Source of the DNA: Turneriella sp.
GTDB taxonomy: Bacteria > Spirochaetota > Leptospiria > Turneriellales > Turneriellaceae
Reading direction: 5' to 3'
DNA length: 64,000 nt
Assembly (NCBI GenBank): GCA_965279515.1
Contig: CBDIID010000003.1
Coordinates: 928,001-992,000 of the forward strand
Shown here: positions 29,119 to 39,195 of the stretch, one piece after another
Layout of the letters: every line of letters begins with the position of its first letter
Numbering within the stretch: the stretch's first letter is position 1
Made by a program: the position numbers and the translations under genes
The notes under the pieces: generated by a model
The model's database searches: none
Seen by the model: only the letters and a program-made list of their open reading frames with translations
What the model was told of the DNA's origin: nothing

Positions 29119-29610
29119 ATGAGCGAAGCCGTACACCCACCACGCAAACGGATTGCGCAGATCGGCTTCATCACGATCGGATTGCCGTTTGCGGCGTTTA
29201 AGATTCTCTTCGGCCTGACCATGCCGGCGCTCTGGCCGGGGCAGGCAGCCCAGATCGGCGGCGCGGGGCTTGTTATTCTCGGTGCTCTTGATCTCCTGGT
29301 CAACGCGCTTAACTCCACATTTATGCTGGTTCGCGGAAAAATTTTGACGCAGGTCTGCGTGTTCGCGATCCTCTTCGATTGGCTGGGAAAAAAGAGAGTG
29401 GAGGGCGATAAGGCAACAATCCGTTCCGCGGATTTCGGCACGGCGCTCGATGTCATGCTGTCCTTCACGCTGGTCGCGCTCTGTGTAGGGCTCAATCTCC
29501 TGGCGCGCTTTGGCGAAAGCGAACGGCTGCTGTGGAACCTCAGCGTCGTTGTCAACGTGCTCGGCGCAGGTGTCTCGCGCATCATGGTTTCTATTCTCAA
29601 GGCGGATTGA
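29119..29610 (+). CDS. Hypothetical membrane protein
   Basis: 4-5 hydrophobic helices; ends 1 nt before cobB start. Confidence 0.7.
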   Translation: MSEAVHPPRKRIAQIGFITIGLPFAAFKILFGLTMPALWPGQAAQIGGAGLVILGALDLLVNALNSTFMLVRGKILTQVCVFAILFDWLGKKRVEGDKATIRSADFGTALDVMLSFTLVALCVGLNLLARFGESERLLWNLSVVVNVLGAGVSRIMVSILKAD

Positions 29611-29611
29611 C

Positions 29612-30454
29612 ATGGCGGAAAAAACGGCGATCGAACGCGCGGCGGCGATTCTCAAAGCGGCGAAACATCCCCTCTTCCTGAGCGGCGCCGGTATCTCGGC
29701 CGAGAGCGGTATACCGACTTTTCGGGGCACAGGAGGTGCTCGAGCCGGCGGCGACAAGGATGTCGCAGCCGCCGGCCGCGGCGCCGAGGGGCTTTGGAAA
29801 AATTTTCGGGCCGAAGCGACACGAGGTCGCGAGTCGGACGCCGCCAGGATGGCGTCCTTGCGTCCCGAAGAGCTGGCGACGCCCGAAGCTTTTCGCCGCG
29901 ACCCGGCGCTCGTCTGGGAATGGTACAACTGGCGTAAGCGCCTGATCTCGGAAAAGCAGCCGAACCCGGCGCACCATGCGATTGTCACCATTCAGAAAAA
30001 ACTGCCGGAATTGCTTTCGGTAACGCAAAATGTCGACGGCTTTCACGCCCTCGCCGGTCTCGGTGAAATTCTCGAAATGCACGGCAATATTTTCCGCGCG
30101 CGGTGTACATCCTGCAAAGCGGTGCATGCGATGCGCGAAGATGTAGATCCCCACACCGCCTGCCCTGCCTGTATGGCGGCGGCGCTGCGCCCCGACATCG
30201 TCTGGTTCGGCGAGCAGCTGCCGTCAGCCATTCTCGACAAGATCTACGAACGGCTACGTATCGCCGATGTCATTCTCGTGGTCGGCACTTCAGGGCAGGT
30301 TTACCCGGCCGCAGGTTTTGCGGTCGAGGTCAGGCGCCGCGAAGGGCATGTGATCGAGATCAACATTGAAGAGGGCCACAAGGCGTATGCGAACGATATT
30401 TATATCCGCGGCAAGGCGGGAGATATTTTGCCACAGATTGCGGAGCTGGTTTAA
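29612..30454 (+). CDS. cobB: Sir2-family NAD-dependent deacylase (class III) with two 18-aa insertions
   Basis: GAGISAESGIPTFR, WYNWR (YxxR), TQNVDG, HG, CxxC/CxxC, PDIVWFGE, VGTSG. Confidence 0.95.
   Translation: MAEKTAIERAAAILKAAKHPLFLSGAGISAESGIPTFRGTGGARAGGDKDVAAAGRGAEGLWKNFRAEATRGRESDAARMASLRPEELATPEAFRRDPALVWEWYNWRKRLISEKQPNPAHHAIVTIQKKLPELLSVTQNVDGFHALAGLGEILEMHGNIFRARCTSCKAVHAMREDVDPHTACPACMAAALRPDIVWFGEQLPSAILDKIYERLRIADVILVVGTSGQVYPAAGFAVEVRRREGHVIEINIEEGHKAYANDIYIRGKAGDILPQIAELV
29725..29778. repeat. 54-nt in-frame double-hairpin insertion 1 in cobB
   Basis: Follows TTTTCG, ends CG; gcac-aggag-gtgc and gccggcg(gcgac-aaggat-gtcgc)agccgccggc. Confidence 0.8.
29809..29862. repeat. 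54-nt in-frame double-hairpin insertion 2 in cobB
   Basis: Follows TTTTCG, ends CG; gcgac-acgag-gtcgc and ggacgcc(gcc)-aggat-ggcgtcc. Confidence 0.8.
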
Positions 30455-30501
30455 CCCCACCCCGGCGCAAGCGCCGCCCCTCCCCACGATGTGGAGAGGG
30501 G
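30455..30501. repeat. BoxC-like pyrimidine/purine double-hairpin element between convergent genes
   Basis: ccccaccc-cggcgc aa gcgccg-cccctccccac gat gtggagagggg. Confidence 0.7.
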
Positions 30502-30511
30502 TAGAGCGGGA

Positions 30512-31075
30512 TCAAAAAGGTATGAACACCACTGGCGCCCATTGCCATTCACTCTGGCTATAGTTATCAATCGCAAACGTCACGTAGCTGATTGAAATCC
30601 CCCAATAGATTCGCCCGATAAGATTTGTCATCAAACCAACCGAAGGGCCGTGAGACCATCCGTCAGCCTGGAGATTACCGCGAAAAAAATGACGGTCCGC
30701 ACCATAAGAGACTTTGAAAAGGTATCCGCTGAATGGACCGATGTAGTATGCAAGGGCCGGGCCGACATAATAATTATTAACAGCAGAGGAAAACAGAGCA
30801 CCACCGCCGGCCTGTAACGCAAGACGATCGATCAGAAAATAGCTGAAAACCCCGTATCCGCCCCAAACAAGAGTTGAATTTACGGAACCGAATGCAGGCC
30901 CGAGACTGAACCCCACGCAGCCCGCGCCAAAGGCAAAGTCCGTGCATGTCCGCTTCTTCTCAGCGTGCTCCGCGCCGATTGTGAGCGGTTTGTTTTCGTC
31001 AAAATCCTGTGCGGTTACCGCCGCGACGGATACCAAACTCATCAAACAAATTACCAGAAACTTATGCGCCTGCAT
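30512..31075 (-). CDS. Hypothetical exported small beta-barrel protein
   Basis: GAGGT RBS before ATG 31075, signal peptide (VTA-Q), Gly/aromatic-rich strands, terminal Phe. Confidence 0.65.
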   Translation of the reverse strand: MQAHKFLVICLMSLVSVAAVTAQDFDENKPLTIGAEHAEKKRTCTDFAFGAGCVGFSLGPAFGSVNSTLVWGGYGVFSYFLIDRLALQAGGGALFSSAVNNYYVGPALAYYIGPFSGYLFKVSYGADRHFFRGNLQADGWSHGPSVGLMTNLIGRIYWGISISYVTFAIDNYSQSEWQWAPVVFIPF

Positions 31076-31083
31076 ATTACCTC

Positions 31084-32220
31084 TCATGCACTCAGTTCTT
31101 TGACCATATCGCAAAAAATATGCGCGCCCTCTTCGAGCACCTCTTCGCGCGTCGCATAGCTGATGCGAATCGATTTGCGGTTAGCACTGAAGATATAACC
31201 CGGCACCAGTAACAGCCTGCGCTCGATTGCCTTGGTTACGAATTCTGACGAATCTATGGGAACATCCGGATAAACATAAAAGGCGCCGTCGGGATAAGGC
31301 AGCTTGGTCACTTTGGATAGAATGCCATAGACCAGATCGCGCCGCTTGCGCATAAACTGGAGCTCCGCCTCGATCGGCGTTTTTAATGCCACAATGGCGC
31401 CGCACTGCACGACATGCGGCGAGCAGACCATGGTGTATTGCTGGAGCGTCACCATCTTCTGCACAATGCCCGCAAAACGTTCGGGCGCCGCAAGATAACC
31501 GGCGCGCAAACCCGTCATCGCATGGCTCTTCGAAAAGCCGTTCAGCGTCAGCGTGCGCTCGGGGTCGATCGACGCCATGCTGACATGGGTTTTTTCATAA
31601 TCGAATGCCGCGTAAATTTCGTCCGAAGCGATGATTGCATCGTTATCTGCGCCTAATTTCGATAACAGTTCGAGTTGCTCGCGCCTGAGAATTTTCCCTG
31701 TCGGATTCGACGGCGAGGCGAACATGATGAGTTTGAGTTTGACATTGTCGCGTTTCAGTGTCTCTGCCAGGTTCGCGATCTCAGCGGCACCAAAACTTTC
31801 AGGAACAGTGTATTGCCTGCCCTCGTGGTATTTGACGAGCGCGGGATAGATCATAAAATAAGGATCGATGAGCAACACCGCGTCGCCCTTACCCACCATT
31901 GTCTGGAATAAGAGAAAAAGAATCGAGGCGACGCCCGTCGAAACAATGATGTTATCGGGTTTGGTTTCATAGCCGATTTTGGGCGCGAGAAACGCACTGA
32001 TCGCTTCGCGCAGCTCCACAAGACCCGCCGTCGGCGTATAGCCGGTACGGTTGTCGGTCAAAGCCTTCACCATCGCTTCTTTGACAGGCGCCGGCACGGG
32101 GAAATCCGGCTGACCGATCGACAGGTTCAGCGGGTTTTTGATTTTTGCGGCGAGGTCGAAAACCTTGCGGATTTCGCTCGTATCAATGCCGTGAATACGG
32201 GAAGAAAAAAAATCGCGCAT
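31084..32220 (-). CDS. PLP-dependent aminotransferase class I/II
   Basis: LSIGQPDF, SPSNPTG, SDEIY, GFSKSHAMTGLRAG, GAFY. Confidence 0.93.
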   Translation of the reverse strand: MRDFFSSRIHGIDTSEIRKVFDLAAKIKNPLNLSIGQPDFPVPAPVKEAMVKALTDNRTGYTPTAGLVELREAISAFLAPKIGYETKPDNIIVSTGVASILFLLFQTMVGKGDAVLLIDPYFMIYPALVKYHEGRQYTVPESFGAAEIANLAETLKRDNVKLKLIMFASPSNPTGKILRREQLELLSKLGADNDAIIASDEIYAAFDYEKTHVSMASIDPERTLTLNGFSKSHAMTGLRAGYLAAPERFAGIVQKMVTLQQYTMVCSPHVVQCGAIVALKTPIEAELQFMRKRRDLVYGILSKVTKLPYPDGAFYVYPDVPIDSSEFVTKAIERRLLLVPGYIFSANRKSIRISYATREEVLEEGAHIFCDMVKELSA

Positions 32221-32222
32221 CG

Positions 32223-32462
32223 TTACTCTAAGAGTTTGTCGGTCGCCTTGGTTTGCTCTTCTATCTCAAGGGTATTCAGCTGAATGCGGCATTCTTTCGA
32301 AGACCAGGCTTTGACTTTTTCTTTTGCCTGCGCGCAGGCTGGTGATTTTTCGTCGGCGCAGAACTTCTGTTCGTATTGTTTGCAGTAGGATTTACCGCAG
32401 TTCAGGGAACAAAAACCGACGACGGCCAGCAACACGGTTGCCGCTAAAACGCTTTTTCGCAT
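32223..32462 (-). CDS. Small Cys-rich lipoprotein
   Basis: MRKSVLAATVLLAVVGFCSLN-C lipobox-like; four further Cys. Confidence 0.7.
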   Translation of the reverse strand: MRKSVLAATVLLAVVGFCSLNCGKSYCKQYEQKFCADEKSPACAQAKEKVKAWSSKECRIQLNTLEIEEQTKATDKLLE

Positions 32463-32501
32463 GACGGGGATAAACAAAAACAAATTGCTGCGTCAAGAAC
32501 A

Positions 32502-33032
32502 ATGTCCCGCGGAAAAATCATCTTCATCGCCTCAGTGATACTCATCGCCGTAGCCGCGATGCTCGCCCTGCGCGAGTATTTAATGCTGAAACGCATCCAG
32601 GATACATTCCGGATGCCGGCGGCGACGGCAGAGACCCGGAACCCGGCAACGGCAGCGTCGGCGCCTGCAGAACCCGTAAAAATGGTCTATGGCGTGAAAC
32701 GTTCCGGCGACAGCGTTTCGGCGCGCGCGCGTTTCAGCGCATTTAAAAAGGCCGTCGAAACGCGGCCCGAGGTGCTGCGCACCTGGGGCTCACTCGGCTG
32801 GAAAATTCTCGAAGATATTCCCGCACTCTGCATACGCCATCTCGGCGACGAGGCACCCTTCAGAACACTGGGCGTCGTGCAGGGTGAGTGTATCACACAT
32901 ATCGACGGTGAAACCGTCAACCAACCGATGCGCAACCTTGGCATCTGGCTGACATTGGGCGCGCGCAGCAGCATCCGCATCGATACGCTGCGCGATGGCC
33001 GCAAAATTTCATACCATCTCACCAAAGGCTAA
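32502..33032 (+). CDS. gspC: GspC-like membrane-anchored PDZ-domain protein (short)
   Basis: N-terminal TM; C-terminus LGVVQGECITHIDG..IDTLRDGRKISY resembles the GspC PDZ domain; upstream of gspDEF. Confidence 0.55.
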   Translation: MSRGKIIFIASVILIAVAAMLALREYLMLKRIQDTFRMPAATAETRNPATAASAPAEPVKMVYGVKRSGDSVSARARFSAFKKAVETRPEVLRTWGSLGWKILEDIPALCIRHLGDEAPFRTLGVVQGECITHIDGETVNQPMRNLGIWLTLGARSSIRIDTLRDGRKISYHLTKG

Positions 33033-33517
33033 TGCAGCGGCACCTGAGGCTTGCATCTGTTGTTGCCGTGTCGATAGGTGCTGCATGGCTGCTGGTACAG
33101 GTCTTCCGCTTTTCCGTACTCGATTTTGCCCGCGTCAGCAATGAATCGATGCTCCCCCATCTTAAACCCGGGCAGATCATCGTTATCAGCAAACTGGCGC
33201 CTTGCCTGAAATTGCCCTTCACCGGCATCCGTGTGTTTTGCCGCCCCTGCGAAAGCGGCCGCGCCTACCTGTTTACCCACCCTGCCCGGCCCGGCCAGCG
33301 CCTGGTAAAGTTCGCTACAGAGCCCCAGGATTCAGCGCTGCGAAGAGACATAATCTGGTTTACGCAGGGTGCAGAGACACAGGCTCAATCCCTGAGTGCG
33401 ACGTCCTGCTATTTTGAAGGCAGTAACCGCGAGAATTCGATTGATTCCCGCCATTTCGGTCGCGTGCCGCTCGATAAAATTGATGGCAAAATAATTTATC
33501 CGCGCATTGCCCTATGA
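33032..33517 (+). CDS. lepB: Signal peptidase I (S26), short/divergent
   Basis: VSNESMLPHL (Ser), RLVKF (Lys), EGSNRENSIDSRHFG (box E). Confidence 0.75.
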   Translation: MQRHLRLASVVAVSIGAAWLLVQVFRFSVLDFARVSNESMLPHLKPGQIIVISKLAPCLKLPFTGIRVFCRPCESGRAYLFTHPARPGQRLVKFATEPQDSALRRDIIWFTQGAETQAQSLSATSCYFEGSNRENSIDSRHFGRVPLDKIDGKIIYPRIAL

Positions 33518-35391
33518 TCGACGCCAAACAGAACCGCCTGCCCTCGCCCTTCGCGCTGCGCTACAAATTTACCCTGCTGATTTTTATGCTGCTCTTTGCG
33601 GTGCTGGTGTTCCGCGCGATTGAGCTGGCGATCGCCTCACCCCTGCCGCCTTCAGTGATCGGCGAATCGCAGAAGGTACGGCGCGGTGTGATCTTCGACG
33701 CGCGCGGGCATGAACTGGCGATCTCGCGCGATACCGTGTCGGTGGGCATTAAACCACTCGAGGCGCGGCTGCAAACCGAGGGTGTCGACGTGCTCGCACG
33801 CGTCACGGGTATCCCCAAAGCGGAGATCCTGCAAAAAATCAAAGGCAGCGATAAGTTTTTTTACCTGCGCCGCAAGATGCCGATCGATGAGGCGGCGCCG
33901 CTGCGCAAACTCGACCTGCAGGGCCTTGTGCTGCAGATGGAACCCGACCGCTATTACCCCAATGGCCGGCTGGCTTCGCAGATCATCGGCTTCACCGGCC
34001 TCGACGGCGAAGGGTTGGCGGGCGTCGAGTTCAGCCAGAACCAGACGCTGACGCGCGCGCGCGGCAATACCGCGACCACAGGCGGCAACGGCGAAGATTT
34101 TATCGGGCAGAATATCCATCTCACGGTGAACTCTTTCGTGCAGCACCAGCTCGAGAAGACACTCGCTGCCGGCATCGAAGACAGCGCGTCGAAACGGGCG
34201 ATGGGTGTCATCATTGAGACGCAGACGGGAAAAATTCTCGCGATGTCTTCGCAGCCCGATTTTGATCCAAATAACCCGAACAAGGTGCCCGAAGCCGCGC
34301 GCAAAAACCTGCCGATCAGTTTTCAATACGAACCCGGTTCGACGTTTAAGATTTTTACGATGGCGGCACTACTCAGGGAAAACATGCTCGACGAGGGGCG
34401 GGAGTACAACTGCCCCGGCTATTATGAATACAAGGGCAGCCGCATCAGCTGCACGCGCAAACACGGCAAACAGGATTTCACCCACGTCATGATGAACTCG
34501 TGCAACTTCGGTGTCATCTCGGCGTCGTGGCAGATGCCGGTGCTGAAACTCTATGAGAACCTGAAGGCCTTCGGCATCGGCTCGGCTTCAGAGATCGCTC
34601 TCCCCGGCGAGGCCAAGGGGCATCTGGCCAGCCCCAAGGACTGGGATTATTTTCTCAAGATGTCGATACCGATCGGCCACGGTGTCAGCGTCACGCCGCT
34701 GCAACTCGCCCTTGCCGCCAATGCCATCGGCAACGACGGCAATTTCATGCCGCCGCTGATTATCGACCGTGTCACGGACGCACAGGGCCGTGTCGTCGAG
34801 CGCAATGTGCCACAGGTCAAATACCGCGTGGCGTCGAGCGAGAATGCATCGAAGATCCGTGTCACACTGCGCGAGGTAGTGAAGAGCGGCACGGGTGCGG
34901 GGGCCGATCTCGGCCTTAAAGAATTCGACGTCTGCGGCAAAACCGGCACCTCGATCAAATCGACGAAAGAAGGTTATTCCGACAAATACCAGGCATCGTT
35001 CGTCGGCTTCTTTCCCTGCGACAAACCCGAGATTACGATCATGCTGATGTTCGACGAACCGAAAGGCGAGATGCACCAGGGCGCCACGGTCGCAGCCCCG
35101 GCCTTCCGCCGCGTATTGCGCGAAATCATTCCGGCGATCCATGTGGGCGAGCTAAGGCAGGTCAAGGGCCTCGCCACACCACAATACCGCTCGGTCGGGG
35201 GAGATAAGGCGACAATGCCGGATTTCCGCGGTTTTAGTAAGAAAGAGCTCCTGTTTCAGGTGTTATCGAAATTTCCGGGCGACCATAAGATCCAGGGTGC
35301 GGGTTATGTCTCATCACAGACGCCGGCCCCGGGCCAGGCTATAAATCCCCCCTATAATTTCAGTTTTCAGCTGGGATTTCCCGATGAATAA
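33514..35391 (+). CDS. Class B penicillin-binding protein (FtsI-like) with PASTA-like C-terminus
   Basis: RGVIFDARG, RYYPNG, GLAGVE, EPGSTFK, SCN, GKTGT. Confidence 0.92.
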   Translation: MIDAKQNRLPSPFALRYKFTLLIFMLLFAVLVFRAIELAIASPLPPSVIGESQKVRRGVIFDARGHELAISRDTVSVGIKPLEARLQTEGVDVLARVTGIPKAEILQKIKGSDKFFYLRRKMPIDEAAPLRKLDLQGLVLQMEPDRYYPNGRLASQIIGFTGLDGEGLAGVEFSQNQTLTRARGNTATTGGNGEDFIGQNIHLTVNSFVQHQLEKTLAAGIEDSASKRAMGVIIETQTGKILAMSSQPDFDPNNPNKVPEAARKNLPISFQYEPGSTFKIFTMAALLRENMLDEGREYNCPGYYEYKGSRISCTRKHGKQDFTHVMMNSCNFGVISASWQMPVLKLYENLKAFGIGSASEIALPGEAKGHLASPKDWDYFLKMSIPIGHGVSVTPLQLALAANAIGNDGNFMPPLIIDRVTDAQGRVVERNVPQVKYRVASSENASKIRVTLREVVKSGTGAGADLGLKEFDVCGKTGTSIKSTKEGYSDKYQASFVGFFPCDKPEITIMLMFDEPKGEMHQGATVAAPAFRRVLREIIPAIHVGELRQVKGLATPQYRSVGGDKATMPDFRGFSKKELLFQVLSKFPGDHKIQGAGYVSSQTPAPGQAINPPYNFSFQLGFPDE

Positions 35392-35499
35392 AAGGTGGCT
35401 TGTCTTTTTTAGATTATTTGGCGCGTCTCAATGATTATCCGCAAATTCAAACAGTCACGTTTAGCCTTTACGCTTGTAGGTTTATCGCGCCCTCTTTCA

Positions 35500-37485
35500 A
35501 TGACGTTAACTAAGGCCTGCGACGTGTTTTCCGACTCATCTTCTTTACTAAAGACCTCCTTTGCCTGCATTCTTCTCCTCTTAACTATCTCGGGGGATGC
35601 CCCGCTGCGTGCGCAAGAAACCGACGCCGCGAAACCTGCGCCCGAAGCGCCTGTTCCCGGGAAAAAGCCACCTGAGGCACCGACGGGCCCCGCCGACGCG
35701 CAGTTAGAGAAACTCGCCACCGAGAGCGAAAAAGAGGCCGCTGAACCGGAAGCCAAACCCGAGAAGAAAAAGGCTGCCGAAACCGCAGAAAAGCCGACAG
35801 CGAAAGCCGACAAAAAGAAATCTAAAAAAGACCGCGATAAAGACGGCGGCGCATTCCGTCCCGATTTCCGCGACCAGGAAATCCAGGATATCCTGAAGAT
35901 CTTCTCGAAGATCATCGGCAAAAATATCATCGCCGACGAAAAGGTCAAAGGCAAGATCACAGTCATCTCGCCCTATAAGATTCCGCGCTCGCTCGCCTAC
36001 CCCTATCTCTATTCGATGCTGGCAATCAAGGGCTTTGGTATCATCGAAGAAAACGAAAACCTCATCCGCGTCGTGGCGATGAAAGATGCACTCGCGGGCA
36101 GCCCGCTAATCTTCTTAGGCCGTGAAGAAATTAAAGACGCCGAAGTGAAGAGCGATTTGCCAGTCACGCAGATTCTGCCCGTCTATGGCGGCAAACCCTC
36201 GCGTCTCTCAGCAATTTTAAAGCGCCTGACAAGCACCAATACCGATCTCATTGATTACGATGATATCAGCATGCTGATTATTACCGGTAGCCAGTTTGAG
36301 GTGAACCGACTGATACGCGTTGCAAACCTGATTGACTATAAAGGTACACCGGTAGAAGAATGCGATAAAGTCAAAGACCCTGACTGCGATAAAGTGCGCG
36401 AATACGGCAATGTGCACGTTTATCGCCTCGAAAACATGCAGGCAGAAAATGTTGAAGCTACGCTGAAGAAAGTGCAGCTGCCGATCGAGCCTGTAGCCGC
36501 GCCTACACCCAGTGCCGGCGGCGGAGCTCCTGCACCTGCCGTCACGCAGGCGAATACGCAAAAGAAGCCGATCGACGTTGTCGGCCATAAAGAGACTAAT
36601 AGCATTATTTTCGTTGGTACCAACGATGAATTCGAACTCGTTAAGAGTCTCATTAAACGTATCGATCTGCAGCGCCAGCAGGTGTTGCTCGAAGTGTTGA
36701 TCGTCGAGGTCGGTGTCGACAATACCAATGAATTCGGTATCGACTGGATCGTCGGCCAGGGCGGCAGCGCGCAGTTTAACAGCAATGCCATCGCGACGAA
36801 GTCAGGCTATATTGGTACTGACGGCAGTATCAATACCTCGCGGCCCACGAGCCTTCCGGGTCTGACACTGACATTCGCCGATCAATCTATTACCAGCATC
36901 CTTGGCATCCTGAACGCCCACATCGGCCGTTCAAACTTTCTCGTCGTCTCGGCGCCGCAGATTCTGACGCTCGACAACCAGGAAGCGGAAATTAACGTCG
37001 GGCAGGACCAGCCTGTACGTGTGAACTCATTACAGACCCAGGTGGGGTCGACCTCGCAGAGTTTTGAATACCGCCCGGTGGGTATCAAATTGAAATTCAC
37101 CCCTCAGGTGAATAAGAACCGCATGGTGATGCTCAACCTGTTCCAGGAAGTCAAAACCATCAATGCAACGGATTCCGCTTCAGGTAACCCGATTATCAGC
37201 AAAAAGGACATCAAGACATTTGTTCGTGTTCAGGACGGCCAAACCATCGTCATCGGCGGCCTCGTGAGCAGCGACCGCCGCACCGAAATGAAAAAGGTGC
37301 CGATTTTGGGCGACCTTCCCCTCCTCGGTTATCTTTTCAAGCGGATCGGCACTTCGAACAAACGCAGCAACCTGATGGTATTTATCACTCCACACGTACT
37401 CACCAACCGTGCGGTAGCCGATAAGGTCACCGACGATCTGCGTAAAGATCAGGTTAAAGAACTCCGCCGCGGCCAGATCGATTAA
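35500..37485 (+). CDS. gspD: Type II secretion secretin GspD
   Basis: DFRDQEI..GKNIIADEKVKGKIT (N0), QVLLEVLIVEV, PQILTLDNQEA, KVPILGDLPLLGYLF. Start uncertain (35500 or 35524). Confidence 0.93.
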   Translation: MTLTKACDVFSDSSSLLKTSFACILLLLTISGDAPLRAQETDAAKPAPEAPVPGKKPPEAPTGPADAQLEKLATESEKEAAEPEAKPEKKKAAETAEKPTAKADKKKSKKDRDKDGGAFRPDFRDQEIQDILKIFSKIIGKNIIADEKVKGKITVISPYKIPRSLAYPYLYSMLAIKGFGIIEENENLIRVVAMKDALAGSPLIFLGREEIKDAEVKSDLPVTQILPVYGGKPSRLSAILKRLTSTNTDLIDYDDISMLIITGSQFEVNRLIRVANLIDYKGTPVEECDKVKDPDCDKVREYGNVHVYRLENMQAENVEATLKKVQLPIEPVAAPTPSAGGGAPAPAVTQANTQKKPIDVVGHKETNSIIFVGTNDEFELVKSLIKRIDLQRQQVLLEVLIVEVGVDNTNEFGIDWIVGQGGSAQFNSNAIATKSGYIGTDGSINTSRPTSLPGLTLTFADQSITSILGILNAHIGRSNFLVVSAPQILTLDNQEAEINVGQDQPVRVNSLQTQVGSTSQSFEYRPVGIKLKFTPQVNKNRMVMLNLFQEVKTINATDSASGNPIISKKDIKTFVRVQDGQTIVIGGLVSSDRRTEMKKVPILGDLPLLGYLFKRIGTSNKRSNLMVFITPHVLTNRAVADKVTDDLRKDQVKELRRGQID

Positions 37486-37488
37486 TCC

Positions 37489-39192
37489 ATGAGACGTTTC
37501 GGCGACATACTTGTCGAAGAAGGATTACTCGAAGCCGAAGAGCTGAAAAAAGCCCTCACCATCCAGCGTAAATCGGCCTATAAACTGGGCCAGATTCTCA
37601 TCAAAAAGGGCCTCATCTCAGAAGAGGACGCGCTCAAGGCGCTCTCGAAACAGTATGAGATGGACTATGCCGAAAAGCTCGAACCCAATAATGTCGACGA
37701 GCTGGTCGAAAAAGTACCGCTGAAGTTCGTCCAAAAATACCGCGTCGTGCCCTATGCGATGAAGGACCGCGAAATCAAGATCGCGATGACCGATCCGTCG
37801 ATTCTGCATCCCCTCGACGAGTTTCGCCTGCTGTTTATCGGCTACGACGTTATTCCTGTTCTCACGCGCGAAAGCGAAATTCTGCGGGTCATCCACAATG
37901 TCTATGAGGCCAAAAGCCGGGCCGAAGACGCCGACCTTGAGATGTCAGACGGGCTCGAGATTCTCGACGATATCCAGGATCTGCACGACTCGACCGAACT
38001 CGCGAACCAGGCGCCGATCATCAAGCTCGTCAACATGGTCTTGTCGAACGCAGTCAATGAGAAGGCATCGGATATTCACTTCGAGCCGCAGGAAAACAAA
38101 TTTATTATCCGCTTCCGTATCGACGGCATTCTGCACGAGATGATGACACCGCCCAAATCGGTGCAAAACGGCGTAATTTCGCGCGTCAAGATTATGGCGA
38201 ACCTCAACATCGCTGAGAACCGGTTGCCGCAGGACGGAAGGATTCGCCTGCGGTTCAGCGGTAATGATATCGATGTGCGGGTTTCGTCCCTGCCCACACA
38301 GCACGGCGAACGCCTCGTATTGCGTCTTTTGAACCGCACCGCGTCGAAATATGAACTCTCGTCGATCGGCTTTGAGAAAGAGACATACGAACAATTTGCC
38401 GAGATGATCAAACAGCCAAACGGCATTATTCTCATCACCGGCCCCACAGGTTCGGGTAAAACAACAACGCTCTACGCGGCGCTGGTGCGCCTGAATAGTT
38501 CGGAACGTAATATCATTACCGTCGAAGATCCGATCGAATACCAGATCGAAGGTATCGGCCAGGTGCAGGCCCGCGCCAAGATCGGTTTTACCTTCGCCGA
38601 GGGCTTAAGATCGATTCTGCGCCAGGACCCGGACGTCATCATGGTGGGGGAGATCCGCGATGAAGAGACTGCGCGCATCGCGATTCAGTCGTCACTCACC
38701 GGTCACTTGGTATTCTCGACACTGCACACCAACGACGCACCGTCGGCGGTCACGCGGCTACTCGATATGGGCATTGAACCTTTTCTCGTGACCTCGACCT
38801 GCCGCGGCATCATGGCGCAGCGCCTCGTACGCCGGCTTTGCCCGCATTGTAAAAAGGCCACGACCGTCAGCGCCCGGGAACTCGGCTCACTGGGCCTGCA
38901 CTATCACGCTGAAAAAAAAGTGAAAAAATCCCGAATGCCGACGGGAAAAGTCAAGATTTACGAGCCCAAAGGCTGCAAAGAATGCATGAACACCGGTTAC
39001 CGCGGGCGCATGGGGGTTTACGAGTTTATGCCGCTGACGGCAAAAATCAGGGAAATGGTATTACACCGCGCGTCACTCGACGACATCAAAACACGGGCAA
39101 TTGAAGAAGGGCTCATCACGCTTAGAAACGCGGCGCTGCGGCAGGTGATCGCCGGCATCACCTCGCTTGACGAAGCGATGCGCATTACCTAA
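37489..39192 (+). CDS. gspE: Type II secretion ATPase GspE
   Basis: ASDIHFEP, PQDGR, GPTGSGKTT, LRQDPDVIMVGEIRD, STLHTND, CxxC..CxxC. Confidence 0.95.
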   Translation: MRRFGDILVEEGLLEAEELKKALTIQRKSAYKLGQILIKKGLISEEDALKALSKQYEMDYAEKLEPNNVDELVEKVPLKFVQKYRVVPYAMKDREIKIAMTDPSILHPLDEFRLLFIGYDVIPVLTRESEILRVIHNVYEAKSRAEDADLEMSDGLEILDDIQDLHDSTELANQAPIIKLVNMVLSNAVNEKASDIHFEPQENKFIIRFRIDGILHEMMTPPKSVQNGVISRVKIMANLNIAENRLPQDGRIRLRFSGNDIDVRVSSLPTQHGERLVLRLLNRTASKYELSSIGFEKETYEQFAEMIKQPNGIILITGPTGSGKTTTLYAALVRLNSSERNIITVEDPIEYQIEGIGQVQARAKIGFTFAEGLRSILRQDPDVIMVGEIRDEETARIAIQSSLTGHLVFSTLHTNDAPSAVTRLLDMGIEPFLVTSTCRGIMAQRLVRRLCPHCKKATTVSARELGSLGLHYHAEKKVKKSRMPTGKVKIYEPKGCKECMNTGYRGRMGVYEFMPLTAKIREMVLHRASLDDIKTRAIEEGLITLRNAALRQVIAGITSLDEAMRIT

Positions 39193-39195
39193 GCT

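Noticed and set aside
34052..34095. Hairpin cgcgg-caata-ccgcg inside the PBP gene
   Set aside because: Falls in a naturally variable PBP loop; single short stem, no evidence of insertion.
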